A stretch of 64,000 nucleotides of DNA from Candidatus Cloacimonadota bacterium. GTDB lineage: Bacteria > Cloacimonadota > Cloacimonadia > Cloacimonadales > Cloacimonadaceae. Location: assembly GCA_035450685.1 (NCBI GenBank), contig DAOTNF010000004.1, positions 42,612-106,611 of the forward strand, in the 5' to 3' direction. Below the pieces are notes generated by a model. It was not told where the DNA came from, made no database searches, and was given only the letters and a program-made list of their open reading frames with translations. This document shows, one piece after another, positions 17,708 through 26,861 of this stretch. Numbering within the stretch: position 1 is the first letter of the stretch; each line of letters opens with the position of its first letter. A program made the translations under genes and the position numbers.

Positions 17708-20700
17708 ATGGCACGTCTGTTTAGCAAGGACTATCACGAGAAATCGGCGTCCTGGTATTTCAATCATGCCGTGATCGGCCTGGACAAAGGCGATCTGCAG
17801 CATTGGAAATCGATTGACGAAACAGGGCGTTTTCACATGCATTTCGTTCCCACACCGGAAAAGCGGGAATTCTTTTGCGCCCAGCTTGACCTGGTGTATG
17901 ATCCCCAAAGCGAGAAAGTGGTGAGCCATCACTGCAGCGAATGCGGGGAGGACGACAAATGCCGCCACTATCTGTCTATATTGCGTTACGCTTATCACCA
18001 TCTGGCCACGGATATCTTTGATCTTCCAGCGGTGGAAACCTGCACCGGCACCGCCCTCCGGGGTGGTGAAAAATGGCAGGATCTGCTGAAGCAGGCGCGT
18101 CTGGAACTGGAAGGAATCTACGATCCTGAAACCGACAAGATACGCTTTTACCACGGCAGTTACAATCCCCTGGATATCCCGCTGCTGCTGCGCTTTAAAG
18201 CGGGCAACCTGCCTCCGGAAGCATCAAAGCTGAGCGCCGGGGAATATGCCCTGCAGTTTGACGCCCTGGGTGATGCGGAACTGGCGCTGTTTGAGTTTTT
18301 GCAGCAAAAGAAAGCCGCCTACAGCAGCAAAAACTACTTTTTCTCCTTGTATAAAAAGGACTTTCCAGCCGCCCTGAACCTGATGCGCAATCTGGAGGGC
18401 AGGCTCTTTGTGAAAGAAACCGGCGAGCCGCTGCGTTTTGGCTCGCATCCCTATCAACTGAACCTGAGAATCGAACCCGCCGGCAGGAATAACTATGTGG
18501 TGCTTCCGGTGCTGGTGGAGGAGATTTCCGCGGTGTATCCGGGCTATCCATGCTGGATATTCTTCCGCAACGAGGCGCGCTATTCCAGTATTCCCCTCTC
18601 CAACTCCGCTTTGGAACAGATATTTAGCCACGACCTCATCCTGAGCGCCAAGGATCTGGTGTATTGGCGCACTATCGTGCATCGGGAACTGAGGGAAAAG
18701 GGAATCTACCTGGATTTTGACACCTCGATCGAACTGCCTCAGATTGTGGGTGGCGAACCCCGCGTCCGCCTGGCGGTTTCAGCCAAGGGGGACAGCATCC
18801 TGCTGGAAGGCAGCCTGGTTTATGAGGAAGGGGGCGAGACTCACTCTGGGGAGGATTTGGCAATCCCGCTCTCAGTGCTGCGCTTCAAGTCGCCGCTTAT
18901 ACGCAGCGCCTATGTTTACGGGGGCGGCGAGCAAGAAGCGTGGTTCTATCTGCCGCCCCAGGTTTTCAGCAAGGTCGAGCGCCTGGCAAAGCGTCTGCCC
19001 GAGGCGGATTTGAGCCGCCTGGAGCAATATTCGCAACTAGCATTCCCGCGGGAAGGAAGCCTGCAAACCCTCCGGAAAAATCTGTTTGAGCTTGCGGATA
19101 GCGACTGGGATATCCAGATCGCGCCGGAGCTACGGGGGGAATTTGTGCAAAAGGTAACCCTGCAGGTCGAGGTAAAAGCCCAGCGCAGCGATGAGATCGA
19201 CTGGTTCAGCTACTCGTTCAGCTACCGCCATCAAGACCTGCGCTTCAGCCATGAGGAATTGAGCCGCTTTTTCCGCTCCCGTGAGGAGTTTTTGCACACA
19301 GAGGACGGGCGGCTGCTGTATATAGTCAATCCGGATGTCTACCGCGAGACGGAACTGCTGCTGCAACGCAGCGAGAAGATTGCCGATTCGGTGTATCGCG
19401 CCCGGATGATCCACCTGCCCTACTATCAACGCTACATGCAGGAGAACCCGGCTTTCCGCATGCTGGGGGATGAATGGATGGAACTGCTTTCCAGAGACCT
19501 GCAGCGCGGGCATCTGGAGCATACTCCGCCTTTGCCGCTGTATCTGCAGACCGTGTTGAGGGGCTACCAAAAATCCGGCTTCGCCTGGCTGAAGATGCTG
19601 CAACACTATCGCATGGGCGGCATTCTGGCAGATGAGATGGGGCTTGGCAAAACGATCCAGGCGCTGTCCGTGATCCTGATGAGCCAGTCCGAGCTTCCCA
19701 GCTTGGTGGTGTGTCCCAAAACGCTGCTCTACAACTGGGCTGCCGAAATCGACAAGTTTCATACCAATATCCCTTACCAGATCGTGGAAGGCGACAAGCT
19801 GACCCGCCTGGAACTGCTGCGCAATCCTAACGTGAGGCTGTTCATCATCTCCTATACGGTGGTGCTGAACGACATAGCGGCCCTGAGGGAGATGCGGTTT
19901 GAATGGGTAGTGCTGGATGAAGCCCAAAACATCAAAAACGTAGGTGCCAAACGCACCGGCGCGATCAAAAAGATCGCCTGCGAAAACAGGCTGGCACTCA
20001 CGGGCACTCCGGTGGAAAACAACCTCACCGAGCTATGGTCGATCTTCGACTTTCTGATGCCGGGCTATCTGGGTAGCCTGAAGCGGTTCAAGAGCGACTT
20101 CATGGAGGATGAGGAGAGCGGCGCGTCCAGGCTGCAAAGGGCGGTGGCGCCCTTCATGCTGCGCAGGGTGAAAAAGGAAGTGCTGCTGGAACTGCCCGAT
20201 AAGCAGGAACAGATATCCTGGTGTAAGATGCATCCGGTGCAGGAAAAGCTCTATCTGCAGATCATCGATATGGTGGAAAAGAAGCTGCTCAACCAGCCCG
20301 CCGGCACCAATCTAAACTACGTCCACGTCCTGACGGCGCTCACAAAGTTAAGGCAGGTCTGCAACCATCCGCACCTGGCGAATCCGGACATCCTACCGGA
20401 ACTGGAAGCATCCGCCAAGCTGGAACAACTGGTTGAGCTGGTGAGGGCTTCCATCGACAGCGGGCACAAGATTCTGGTGTTTTCGCAGTTTGTGCAGATG
20501 CTCAAGATCATCCGCATGGTGTTTGACGCCATGGATCTGCGCTATGCCTATCTGGATGGGCGCAGCAAGAACAGGCTGGAGGAAGTGCGCCGCTTTGAGG
20601 ACGACCCTGAGCTCAAGCTGTTTCTGATCAGCCTCAAGACAGGCGGAACGGGGCTAAACCTTACCTCCGCGGATACAGTGATCCTCTTCGATCCCTGGTG

Positions 20701-20920
20701 GAACCCGATGACCGAAAACCAGGCTATTGACCGCACCCATCGTATCGGGCAGACCCGCAAGGTGCAGGTGTTCCGTCTCATCACCAAAGGTACGGTGGAA
20801 GAAAAAATCATGAGCTTGCAGCAAAGCAAGCTACAACTCTTTGACTCCGTGGTTTCCGAAGGCTCCAAGCTGCTGTCAACTCTCAATAAGGAGGAGATAA
20901 AAGCCCTTTTCAGTTATTGA
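17708..20920 (+). CDS. SNF2-family helicase/ATPase with N-terminal SWIM-type zinc finger
   Basis: 1070 aa. 'CSECGEDDKCRH' zinc-finger pattern. SNF2 motifs 'LADEMGLGKTIQAL', 'VVLDEAQNIKN', 'LVFSQF', 'DPWWNPMTENQAIDRTHRIGQTRKV'. Confidence 0.9.
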   Translation: MARLFSKDYHEKSASWYFNHAVIGLDKGDLQHWKSIDETGRFHMHFVPTPEKREFFCAQLDLVYDPQSEKVVSHHCSECGEDDKCRHYLSILRYAYHHLATDIFDLPAVETCTGTALRGGEKWQDLLKQARLELEGIYDPETDKIRFYHGSYNPLDIPLLLRFKAGNLPPEASKLSAGEYALQFDALGDAELALFEFLQQKKAAYSSKNYFFSLYKKDFPAALNLMRNLEGRLFVKETGEPLRFGSHPYQLNLRIEPAGRNNYVVLPVLVEEISAVYPGYPCWIFFRNEARYSSIPLSNSALEQIFSHDLILSAKDLVYWRTIVHRELREKGIYLDFDTSIELPQIVGGEPRVRLAVSAKGDSILLEGSLVYEEGGETHSGEDLAIPLSVLRFKSPLIRSAYVYGGGEQEAWFYLPPQVFSKVERLAKRLPEADLSRLEQYSQLAFPREGSLQTLRKNLFELADSDWDIQIAPELRGEFVQKVTLQVEVKAQRSDEIDWFSYSFSYRHQDLRFSHEELSRFFRSREEFLHTEDGRLLYIVNPDVYRETELLLQRSEKIADSVYRARMIHLPYYQRYMQENPAFRMLGDEWMELLSRDLQRGHLEHTPPLPLYLQTVLRGYQKSGFAWLKMLQHYRMGGILADEMGLGKTIQALSVILMSQSELPSLVVCPKTLLYNWAAEIDKFHTNIPYQIVEGDKLTRLELLRNPNVRLFIISYTVVLNDIAALREMRFEWVVLDEAQNIKNVGAKRTGAIKKIACENRLALTGTPVENNLTELWSIFDFLMPGYLGSLKRFKSDFMEDEESGASRLQRAVAPFMLRRVKKEVLLELPDKQEQISWCKMHPVQEKLYLQIIDMVEKKLLNQPAGTNLNYVHVLTALTKLRQVCNHPHLANPDILPELEASAKLEQLVELVRASIDSGHKILVFSQFVQMLKIIRMVFDAMDLRYAYLDGRSKNRLEEVRRFEDDPELKLFLISLKTGGTGLNLTSADTVILFDPWWNPMTENQAIDRTHRIGQTRKVQVFRLITKGTVEEKIMSLQQSKLQLFDSVVSEGSKLLSTLNKEEIKALFSY

Positions 20921-20992
20921 ATTTGCTTGACAATTTTCACCTCTAAATGCCTTTGGCAATTTGAGAAAATGATTATTGAAAAGGAGACAGCG

Positions 20993-21799
20993 ATGCTTAC
21001 CATAGACTGGAAAGAAAGGCTGAAAAAGGATACAGCTGACTATTTGGAAAACAAGCTGCCGAAGCACGACTTCGATTTTGAGATTATCTTCATCGCATAT
21101 CCGGAAAGGATAAATGGTAAGCTCCCAAACGATGTCATCGTGCACGTGGCAAACTCCATTGTGCAAGGCTTGGGCAAGGCGCACGACAAGCATGTGGCCT
21201 TCTACAAACACCTGTGGAACAAAAAGGGCGAGAACGGGCGCCTGGCATTCATCGCGATCATGGGCAAGATAGCCGGTAAGAAACCAGCATTATATTTGCC
21301 TATGGTGGAAACCGCCATGCAAAACGCGGACAAGGCAGAGCTTACTTCCCTGCTGGATAAAGTGATGCTTCCGCTGTTGCGCAAAAAACCTGAGAAATAT
21401 CTCACCCATGCCTACCGCTGGAGCCGCTCACCTCATGAACTGATCCGCAAACAGAGTGTGAATCTGCTGGTCAAGCTGATCAAAAGAAAACCGGAGTTGA
21501 CCGCTGAGATTGTGCAATACTTTGTAAATCAATGGTTGCAACCTTTGGGAGACGAAGCCGCGGAACATACCACCCTGATGAAGGCAGTGCAGAAACTTGA
21601 CTATGAGCTCTATCTGGATATCTGGCGACAGCATGTGAGCAGCCGCGATCCCCAAAGCGCGGAGATCCTCTGTGCGTCGGTTATGAGCTATCATCCGGAG
21701 ATCGAGGAGATCGTGGAAAACTGGACCAAAAGCGGCAACGCCCGCCTCAAAAAGGCAGCGATGGCCGCGCAGAGAATTTTGAACAAGAAGAAGCCCTGA
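20993..21799 (+). CDS. hypothetical all-helical protein, possibly DNA-alkylation-repair (AlkD/HEAT-like) family
   Basis: 268 aa from ATG 20993 (RBS AAGGAG 7 nt upstream). 'YRWSRSPHELIRKQSVNLL' resembles the AlkD-family W-x2-S-x5-(R/Q)(R/K)-x-(A/S) repeat signature, recalled from memory. The product call is weak. Confidence 0.5.
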   Translation: MLTIDWKERLKKDTADYLENKLPKHDFDFEIIFIAYPERINGKLPNDVIVHVANSIVQGLGKAHDKHVAFYKHLWNKKGENGRLAFIAIMGKIAGKKPALYLPMVETAMQNADKAELTSLLDKVMLPLLRKKPEKYLTHAYRWSRSPHELIRKQSVNLLVKLIKRKPELTAEIVQYFVNQWLQPLGDEAAEHTTLMKAVQKLDYELYLDIWRQHVSSRDPQSAEILCASVMSYHPEIEEIVENWTKSGNARLKKAAMAAQRILNKKKP

Positions 21800-22284
21800 T
21801 GATGGATCTGAGCCTGTTTGTCACCCAGGAGGGGATGGAAAAGATACAGCGCCGCATCCAGTTTCTGTTGAACGAAGAGCGGCCGGAAGTGATCAAAGCC
21901 CTGATGACCGCCCGTGAATTCGGCGATCTGAGCGAGAACGCGGAGTATAAAGCCGCGCGGGAAAAACAGAGGCAGATCGACACTGAGATCGATCACTTGC
22001 GGCGGCGCTCCGCCCATCTGAAAGTGGTGGACACTTCCGTCTTTCCCAAGGACGCGGTACGCTTTGGGAGCCGTTGCCGGACCCGCGAGGAAAGCACCCA
22101 GGAAGAAGTGGTCTATCGTGTGGTGGGAGTGGACGAACTCAACTATTCAGAGGAAGAAGGAGTGCAGGTCGTTTCAGTGCTTTCACCCATCGGCAAGGGC
22201 CTGTTGGGCAAAAAGCCAGGCGAGCTGGCTGTGGTGAAAGCTCCCATCGGAGAGAGGCATCTGCTGATTCTGGAAATAATATAA
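21799..22284 (+). CDS. greA: transcription elongation factor GreA
   Basis: 161 aa. 'AREFGDLSENAEYKAAREKQRQID' coiled-coil signature plus C-terminal FKBP-like domain. Start overlaps the stop of the upstream gene. Confidence 0.9.
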   Translation: MMDLSLFVTQEGMEKIQRRIQFLLNEERPEVIKALMTAREFGDLSENAEYKAAREKQRQIDTEIDHLRRRSAHLKVVDTSVFPKDAVRFGSRCRTREESTQEEVVYRVVGVDELNYSEEEGVQVVSVLSPIGKGLLGKKPGELAVVKAPIGERHLLILEII

Positions 22285-22297
22285 TAATAAACAGATC

Positions 22298-23722
22298 ATG
22301 GAGACACACATGAACAAGAAACAAGATAAAAAGCTGTTCTACCAGCGCAAGAACTTCTGGAAGGAAGCAACTCCTTCCACCATCAAAAAGGCTTTCGCCT
22401 TCGCGGAGCCATATATGGACTTTTTAGACAAGGCCAAAACTGTGCGCGAGACCATTGCCTACACGGAAGCCCTGTTGAAAGAACACAAGTTTCAAAGCAT
22501 CGGGGGCAAAAAAGGTTCCCGCCGACTGTATCAGATCTTCAGAGGCAAGACCATCGCCATGGCGGTGCTTGGCTCCGAGCCGCTTAGCGGGGGATTCAAC
22601 ATGGTGGCGTCACACATCGACGCGCCCAGGGTGGACCTGAAACAAAATCCGTTTTATGAAGACAGCTCCAGCGGCATGGCTTGCATGCGCACCCACTACT
22701 ATGGGGGCATCAAGAAGTATCAGTGGGTTTCCACCCCCCTGGCTTTGCATGGCATCGTGATCCGCGCCGATGGTTCTAAGATAGATGTGAGCATTGGCGA
22801 GAAAGACGATGAACCGGTGTTCATCATTCCAGACCTGCTTCCCCATCTGGCACGCAAGGAGCAGTATTCCAAAAACCTTGCCGACGCCATCGACGCCTCC
22901 AGGATGAACCTCGTTTTCAGCGGGATGATGGAACCTGCCTCAGAAGAGAAGGAAGCAATCAAAGCCTATACCTTGCAACTGCTAAAGAAACAGCTCAAGA
23001 TGGAGGAAAGCGACTTCATCTCCGCCGAGTTGGAACTGGTGCCTGCCACAAAGGCCAGACACAGTGGGTTCGACTCTTCCATGGTTGTGGGCTACGGCCA
23101 GGATGACCGGGTCTGTGCCTACGCCGCTCTGCGCGGGTTGCTGGATAATCTGGACGGCACTCCAAAACGCACCATGATCGTCTATTTTTCAGATAAAGAG
23201 GAAGTGGGAAGCCAAGGTAACACAGGCGCGCACTCTGTATTCATTCAGGACTTTGTGGCTGCGTTGCTGCGCGCCAATGGTGAATCCGACAGCAGCGCAA
23301 ATCTGCGCAAGACCTTCATCAATTCCCAAATCCTTTCCGGGGACGTCACGGCAGCCGTGGATCCCAACTATCCAGGGGTGCACGAGCGCCAGAACGCGGT
23401 GCTGTTCAACCACGGTGTCGGCCTCTGCAAATTTACGGGCAGCGGCGGCAAAGCGGGCTGCAACGACGCCAACGCGGAGTTTACCGCCAAGGTCATCCGC
23501 ATCTTCAACAAAGCCGGAGTGTTTTGGCAGATGGGAGAACTGGGCAAGGTGGACGAAGGCGGCGGCGGAACGATCGCCTATATCCTTGCCAATCTGGGCG
23601 CAGAAGTGATAGACTGCGGCACCGGACTGATGGGGATGCACTCCCTGTATGAGCTTGCCAGCAAGGCGGATATCTATTCCACCTATAGCGGATACAAGGC
23701 TTTTTTGGCATCCGCCGATTAA
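22298..23722 (+). CDS. M18-family aminopeptidase
   Basis: 474 aa. 'MVASHIDAPRVDLKQNP', 'GYGQDDRVCAYA', 'FSDKEEVGS', 'GMHSLYE' match M18/aminopeptidase I architecture. Confidence 0.85.
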   Translation: METHMNKKQDKKLFYQRKNFWKEATPSTIKKAFAFAEPYMDFLDKAKTVRETIAYTEALLKEHKFQSIGGKKGSRRLYQIFRGKTIAMAVLGSEPLSGGFNMVASHIDAPRVDLKQNPFYEDSSSGMACMRTHYYGGIKKYQWVSTPLALHGIVIRADGSKIDVSIGEKDDEPVFIIPDLLPHLARKEQYSKNLADAIDASRMNLVFSGMMEPASEEKEAIKAYTLQLLKKQLKMEESDFISAELELVPATKARHSGFDSSMVVGYGQDDRVCAYAALRGLLDNLDGTPKRTMIVYFSDKEEVGSQGNTGAHSVFIQDFVAALLRANGESDSSANLRKTFINSQILSGDVTAAVDPNYPGVHERQNAVLFNHGVGLCKFTGSGGKAGCNDANAEFTAKVIRIFNKAGVFWQMGELGKVDEGGGGTIAYILANLGAEVIDCGTGLMGMHSLYELASKADIYSTYSGYKAFLASAD

Positions 23723-23755
23723 GCGAAACAGAGCTTTGGAGCCAGCCTGAAGATC

Positions 23756-24370
23756 ATGATGGCCAGAATTGAGCGGACAGCAAGCAGGGCCTTGCCTGGC
23801 ATCTGCTGTCTGCTTTTTTTGCTACTGGTCACCGCCATTGGCGCCACGAATACTGGATTTGATCCGGCAGAACCGGAACTGATCAGCCAGAAGATAGTGG
23901 ACCTGATCGAACCTGGCGAACCGATCTACCTGGATATCCAGGCTGGCGATCTCACCTCCAGGCTGGATTTCCGCATCCGTCAGCTACTGATTGCCAAAGG
24001 CGCAGACCTGCGGGAAAGCGAGCTTGATATCCCGGAAGAAGAGCAGGCGGATACTTTGGGAGTGCAGCCGGTTTCCAGCCTTGCTTCCATGCCTACCCGC
24101 CTGGTCAGGATACGTATGGAACTGGACTGGACCACCCAGGAAAAGCGCAGTTTTTTCTCCTTTCGCAGCGAACGGCTGCCCCTCTATGTGTTTAATATCA
24201 AGCAGATCTCATTGCCAAAATGGAAGCTGGCCAAGATCGATAACCTCAGTTTTGTGGATCAGCCTGCCAAGTTTGAGGCAAGCAGGCCCCTGACCCTGAA
24301 GTGGTTTGAGCCGCTGCTGGCGGCAACCGCCCTGGCCTCGGTGATCTACATACTTTGGACAACAGAATGA
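23756..24370 (+). CDS. hypothetical membrane-anchored protein
   Basis: 204 aa. N-terminal hydrophobic segment 'LPGICCLLFLLLVTAIG' and C-terminal TM 'LLAATALASVIYILW'. No recognisable domain. Confidence 0.55.
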   Translation: MMARIERTASRALPGICCLLFLLLVTAIGATNTGFDPAEPELISQKIVDLIEPGEPIYLDIQAGDLTSRLDFRIRQLLIAKGADLRESELDIPEEEQADTLGVQPVSSLASMPTRLVRIRMELDWTTQEKRSFFSFRSERLPLYVFNIKQISLPKWKLAKIDNLSFVDQPAKFEASRPLTLKWFEPLLAATALASVIYILWTTE

Positions 24371-24384
24371 CAGAAGGAAATCCC

Positions 24385-25107
24385 ATGAATAAGGTTCTTT
24401 CATTGTTGTTGCTGGCGCTGCTGATCCTCGGCGCTTGCTCGACCAACAAGACCTATCTGAATACGGATCAAAAGATTGCTAAGGCGGATCAGTTGTTTGC
24501 CCGAGGCAAATACTCACGCGCAGCGGAACTGTATTCCGAAGTCTATTTTGAAAGGTCTTCCGCCTCCTCGGCGCATGCTCTGATGCGCCAGGGCGACAGC
24601 TATTTCAAGATTAACAAGTTTGCCAACGCCAGGAAGGCCTATGAAGAGTTCATGGATGTGTTTCCTAACCATGCCCAGGTGAGCGACGCGCATTTTCAGT
24701 ATGCCCTCTGTCTGTATGAAGATTCACTGCCAGCCCATTACGATCAAAAGGAAACTTTGCACGCGATCGACTCGTTCAAGGAATTCATCAGTAAATATCC
24801 GGGCAATCCGCGTGTGCAGACAGCGCTCGAGTATATCCGCAAAGCCCAGTATAAGTTGATCGAAAAGTCATTCCGCAATGGCTATATCTATTACAAAATG
24901 AAAGACTACAGCAGCGCCCTGATGTATTTTAAGGAAGTGACCGACCTGGGCAATACCGACCAGTTGGACCGCAGATCGCTGTATTATACCGCCAGGCTGC
25001 TCAACAAACAGGGTCTATCCGACCAGGCCAGGGAAGCATTCGATTCCCTTCAGCGCAAATATCCGGGCTCCAAGGAAACCAAGAAACTGGCAAGAAAGTT
25101 CAAATGA
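24385..25107 (+). CDS. bamD: outer membrane protein assembly factor BamD-like TPR lipoprotein
   Basis: Start at MNKVLSLLLLALLILGAC (lipobox). TPR-like repeats with 'YFKINKFANARKAYEEF', 'SDAHFQYALCLYE', 'YYKMKDYSSALMYF'. Confidence 0.7.
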   Translation: MNKVLSLLLLALLILGACSTNKTYLNTDQKIAKADQLFARGKYSRAAELYSEVYFERSSASSAHALMRQGDSYFKINKFANARKAYEEFMDVFPNHAQVSDAHFQYALCLYEDSLPAHYDQKETLHAIDSFKEFISKYPGNPRVQTALEYIRKAQYKLIEKSFRNGYIYYKMKDYSSALMYFKEVTDLGNTDQLDRRSLYYTARLLNKQGLSDQAREAFDSLQRKYPGSKETKKLARKFK

Positions 25108-25679
25108 CAGGCTGCGCGCTGCTGGGCGGGAGCTTCGACCCCATCCACAACGGCCATTTGCATATTGCCAGAGAAATACTGAAATCCGGCTATGTGTCAC
25201 GTCTGGTCTTTCTTCCCAACGCGCGCCATAACTTTAAAAAGGGCAACGTAGTGCTCGATTTCCAGCATCGCCTGGCTTTGGTGAGGGAGGCTCTTGAGCC
25301 AGGCATGGAAGCTTGGGAAGACGACGCTGACGGATCGGGATATACCGCGGAACTGCTCCAGAAGCTATACAGGAAGCATCCGCAACTGCTATTCCATTTT
25401 GTGATCGGATCCGATAACCTTGCCAACCTGCCTCTGTGGTACGACTTTGCCTGGTTGAAGGCCAATGCCAGGTTTCTGATCATTCCCCGCCCCGGTTATC
25501 CGTCACCGCAGAATGTATTGCGCAGGATCAAGCGCAAAACGCTCAGGATCGAGCCCTGTCCCATCTCTTCCTCCCAGGTTCGCTCACGCATCGCGGCGGG
25601 AAAACCGATCTCCGGCCTGGTGCCCGAAAGCCTGGAACAGACAATCATCGAGCTTTACCGTCCTCTGCTGGCAAAGTAG
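25104..25679 (+). CDS. nadD: nicotinate-nucleotide adenylyltransferase
   Basis: 'LLGGSFDPIHNGHL' (H/T)xGH motif and 'ISSSQVR' ISST-like motif. 191 aa. Confidence 0.9.
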   Translation: MTGCALLGGSFDPIHNGHLHIAREILKSGYVSRLVFLPNARHNFKKGNVVLDFQHRLALVREALEPGMEAWEDDADGSGYTAELLQKLYRKHPQLLFHFVIGSDNLANLPLWYDFAWLKANARFLIIPRPGYPSPQNVLRRIKRKTLRIEPCPISSSQVRSRIAAGKPISGLVPESLEQTIIELYRPLLAK

Positions 25680-25685
25680 TGCAAA

Positions 25686-26369
25686 TTGCAAGAACAGCCT
25701 CCCAAAGATAAAGTCGGTTTCCTGGACTGGATTCCCCTCAGTCCCAGGCAGAGCCTGGGGGAGGAAATCGCCAACAGCATCACCCACGGGACAGGAGTTG
25801 GGCTCAGTATTGCCGCGCTGGTGATTTTGGTGGTATTCGCCGCCAAACGCAGCGATGTATGGAAGGTGGTGTCGTTCAGTATCTATGGCGCTACCCTGAT
25901 TTCCATGTACCTCTGCTCGACACTCTATCACGCCTTCCGCAATCCAAAGCTCAAACGCTTTTTCAGGATCCTTGATCACTCCAACATTTTCCTGCTCATC
26001 GCCGGCACTTACACCCCGGTCACAATTGGTACCATCCGGGGCGGCTGGGGTTGGACGCTGTTTGGAGTGATCTGGGGCCTGGCCATTTTGGGCATCAATC
26101 TCAAGATCTTCGCCCTGGGCAAGCTGAAATGGCTTTCCATCCTCATTTACATCCTCATGGGCTGGATGATTCTGATTGCCATCAATCCCTTGCGCAAAAC
26201 AATGGACAGCACCTTTCTCGCCTGGATGCTGATTGGCGGGGCGTGCTACACACTGGGGGTGTTGTTCTATCTGTTCAGGAAACTGCCGTATCATCACTCG
26301 ATCTGGCATCTGTTCGTGCTGGGCGGAAGCATCTCGCATTTCTTTGGCATGCTGAGTCTGGTGGTCTAA
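25686..26369 (+). CDS. hemolysin III / PAQR family membrane protein
   Basis: 227 aa, 7 predicted TM segments. 'STLYHAF', 'LDHSNIFLLIAGTYTP', 'HSIWHLFVLGGSISHF' are typical of HlyIII/TrhA. Confidence 0.85.
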   Translation: MQEQPPKDKVGFLDWIPLSPRQSLGEEIANSITHGTGVGLSIAALVILVVFAAKRSDVWKVVSFSIYGATLISMYLCSTLYHAFRNPKLKRFFRILDHSNIFLLIAGTYTPVTIGTIRGGWGWTLFGVIWGLAILGINLKIFALGKLKWLSILIYILMGWMILIAINPLRKTMDSTFLAWMLIGGACYTLGVLFYLFRKLPYHHSIWHLFVLGGSISHFFGMLSLVV

Positions 26370-26861
26370 CTGCATAGATGCTTAACATGGACACTCACAA
26401 CTGGCTATTGTTTTGATATTGAAAATTCTCCAAAAATGGCTGGGAGTACTGTCTGGTGCCTATCGAGCTATATTGTTACTTCCCAGGTTATGCCATTGAA
26501 TGTTCGAGGCAATCGACAAGAAATATCGTAGCTATTCTATAATATTTTCAATATATTAGCTGCATCTATTAAAAGCATAGGATGCAAAAGTGGTTGTAAT
26601 CTTCCCGCTTTATAGGAAAGTCCTCAAGACACTCTCTTTGTTTCCCGCACGCTAAAGAAAATGTGAAAATAAACATCGGTATTTGAGGAAACATATCAAC
26701 AACGGCTTTCTGCGAACTAACTTATTTACAAGCAGTTGAGTATATTAGGAAAGCAAAGTGAATACAATACAGATGTTAAAAATCCAACATTCTGCTTGAC
26801 AGAAAACTTAAATGTCTATAGATGAATTGATTGTATTAGAAGCCTCTAACTGGAGAAATAT

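Noticed and set aside
15681-21799. The R-M unit plus SNF2 helicase as a DISARM/BREX/Zorya-type multi-gene defence system.
   Set aside because: The signature partners are absent: DrmA/B/C, PglZ, BrxC, ZorA/B. The SNF2 gene has host-like GC, unlike the R-M unit, and it is coupled to greA.
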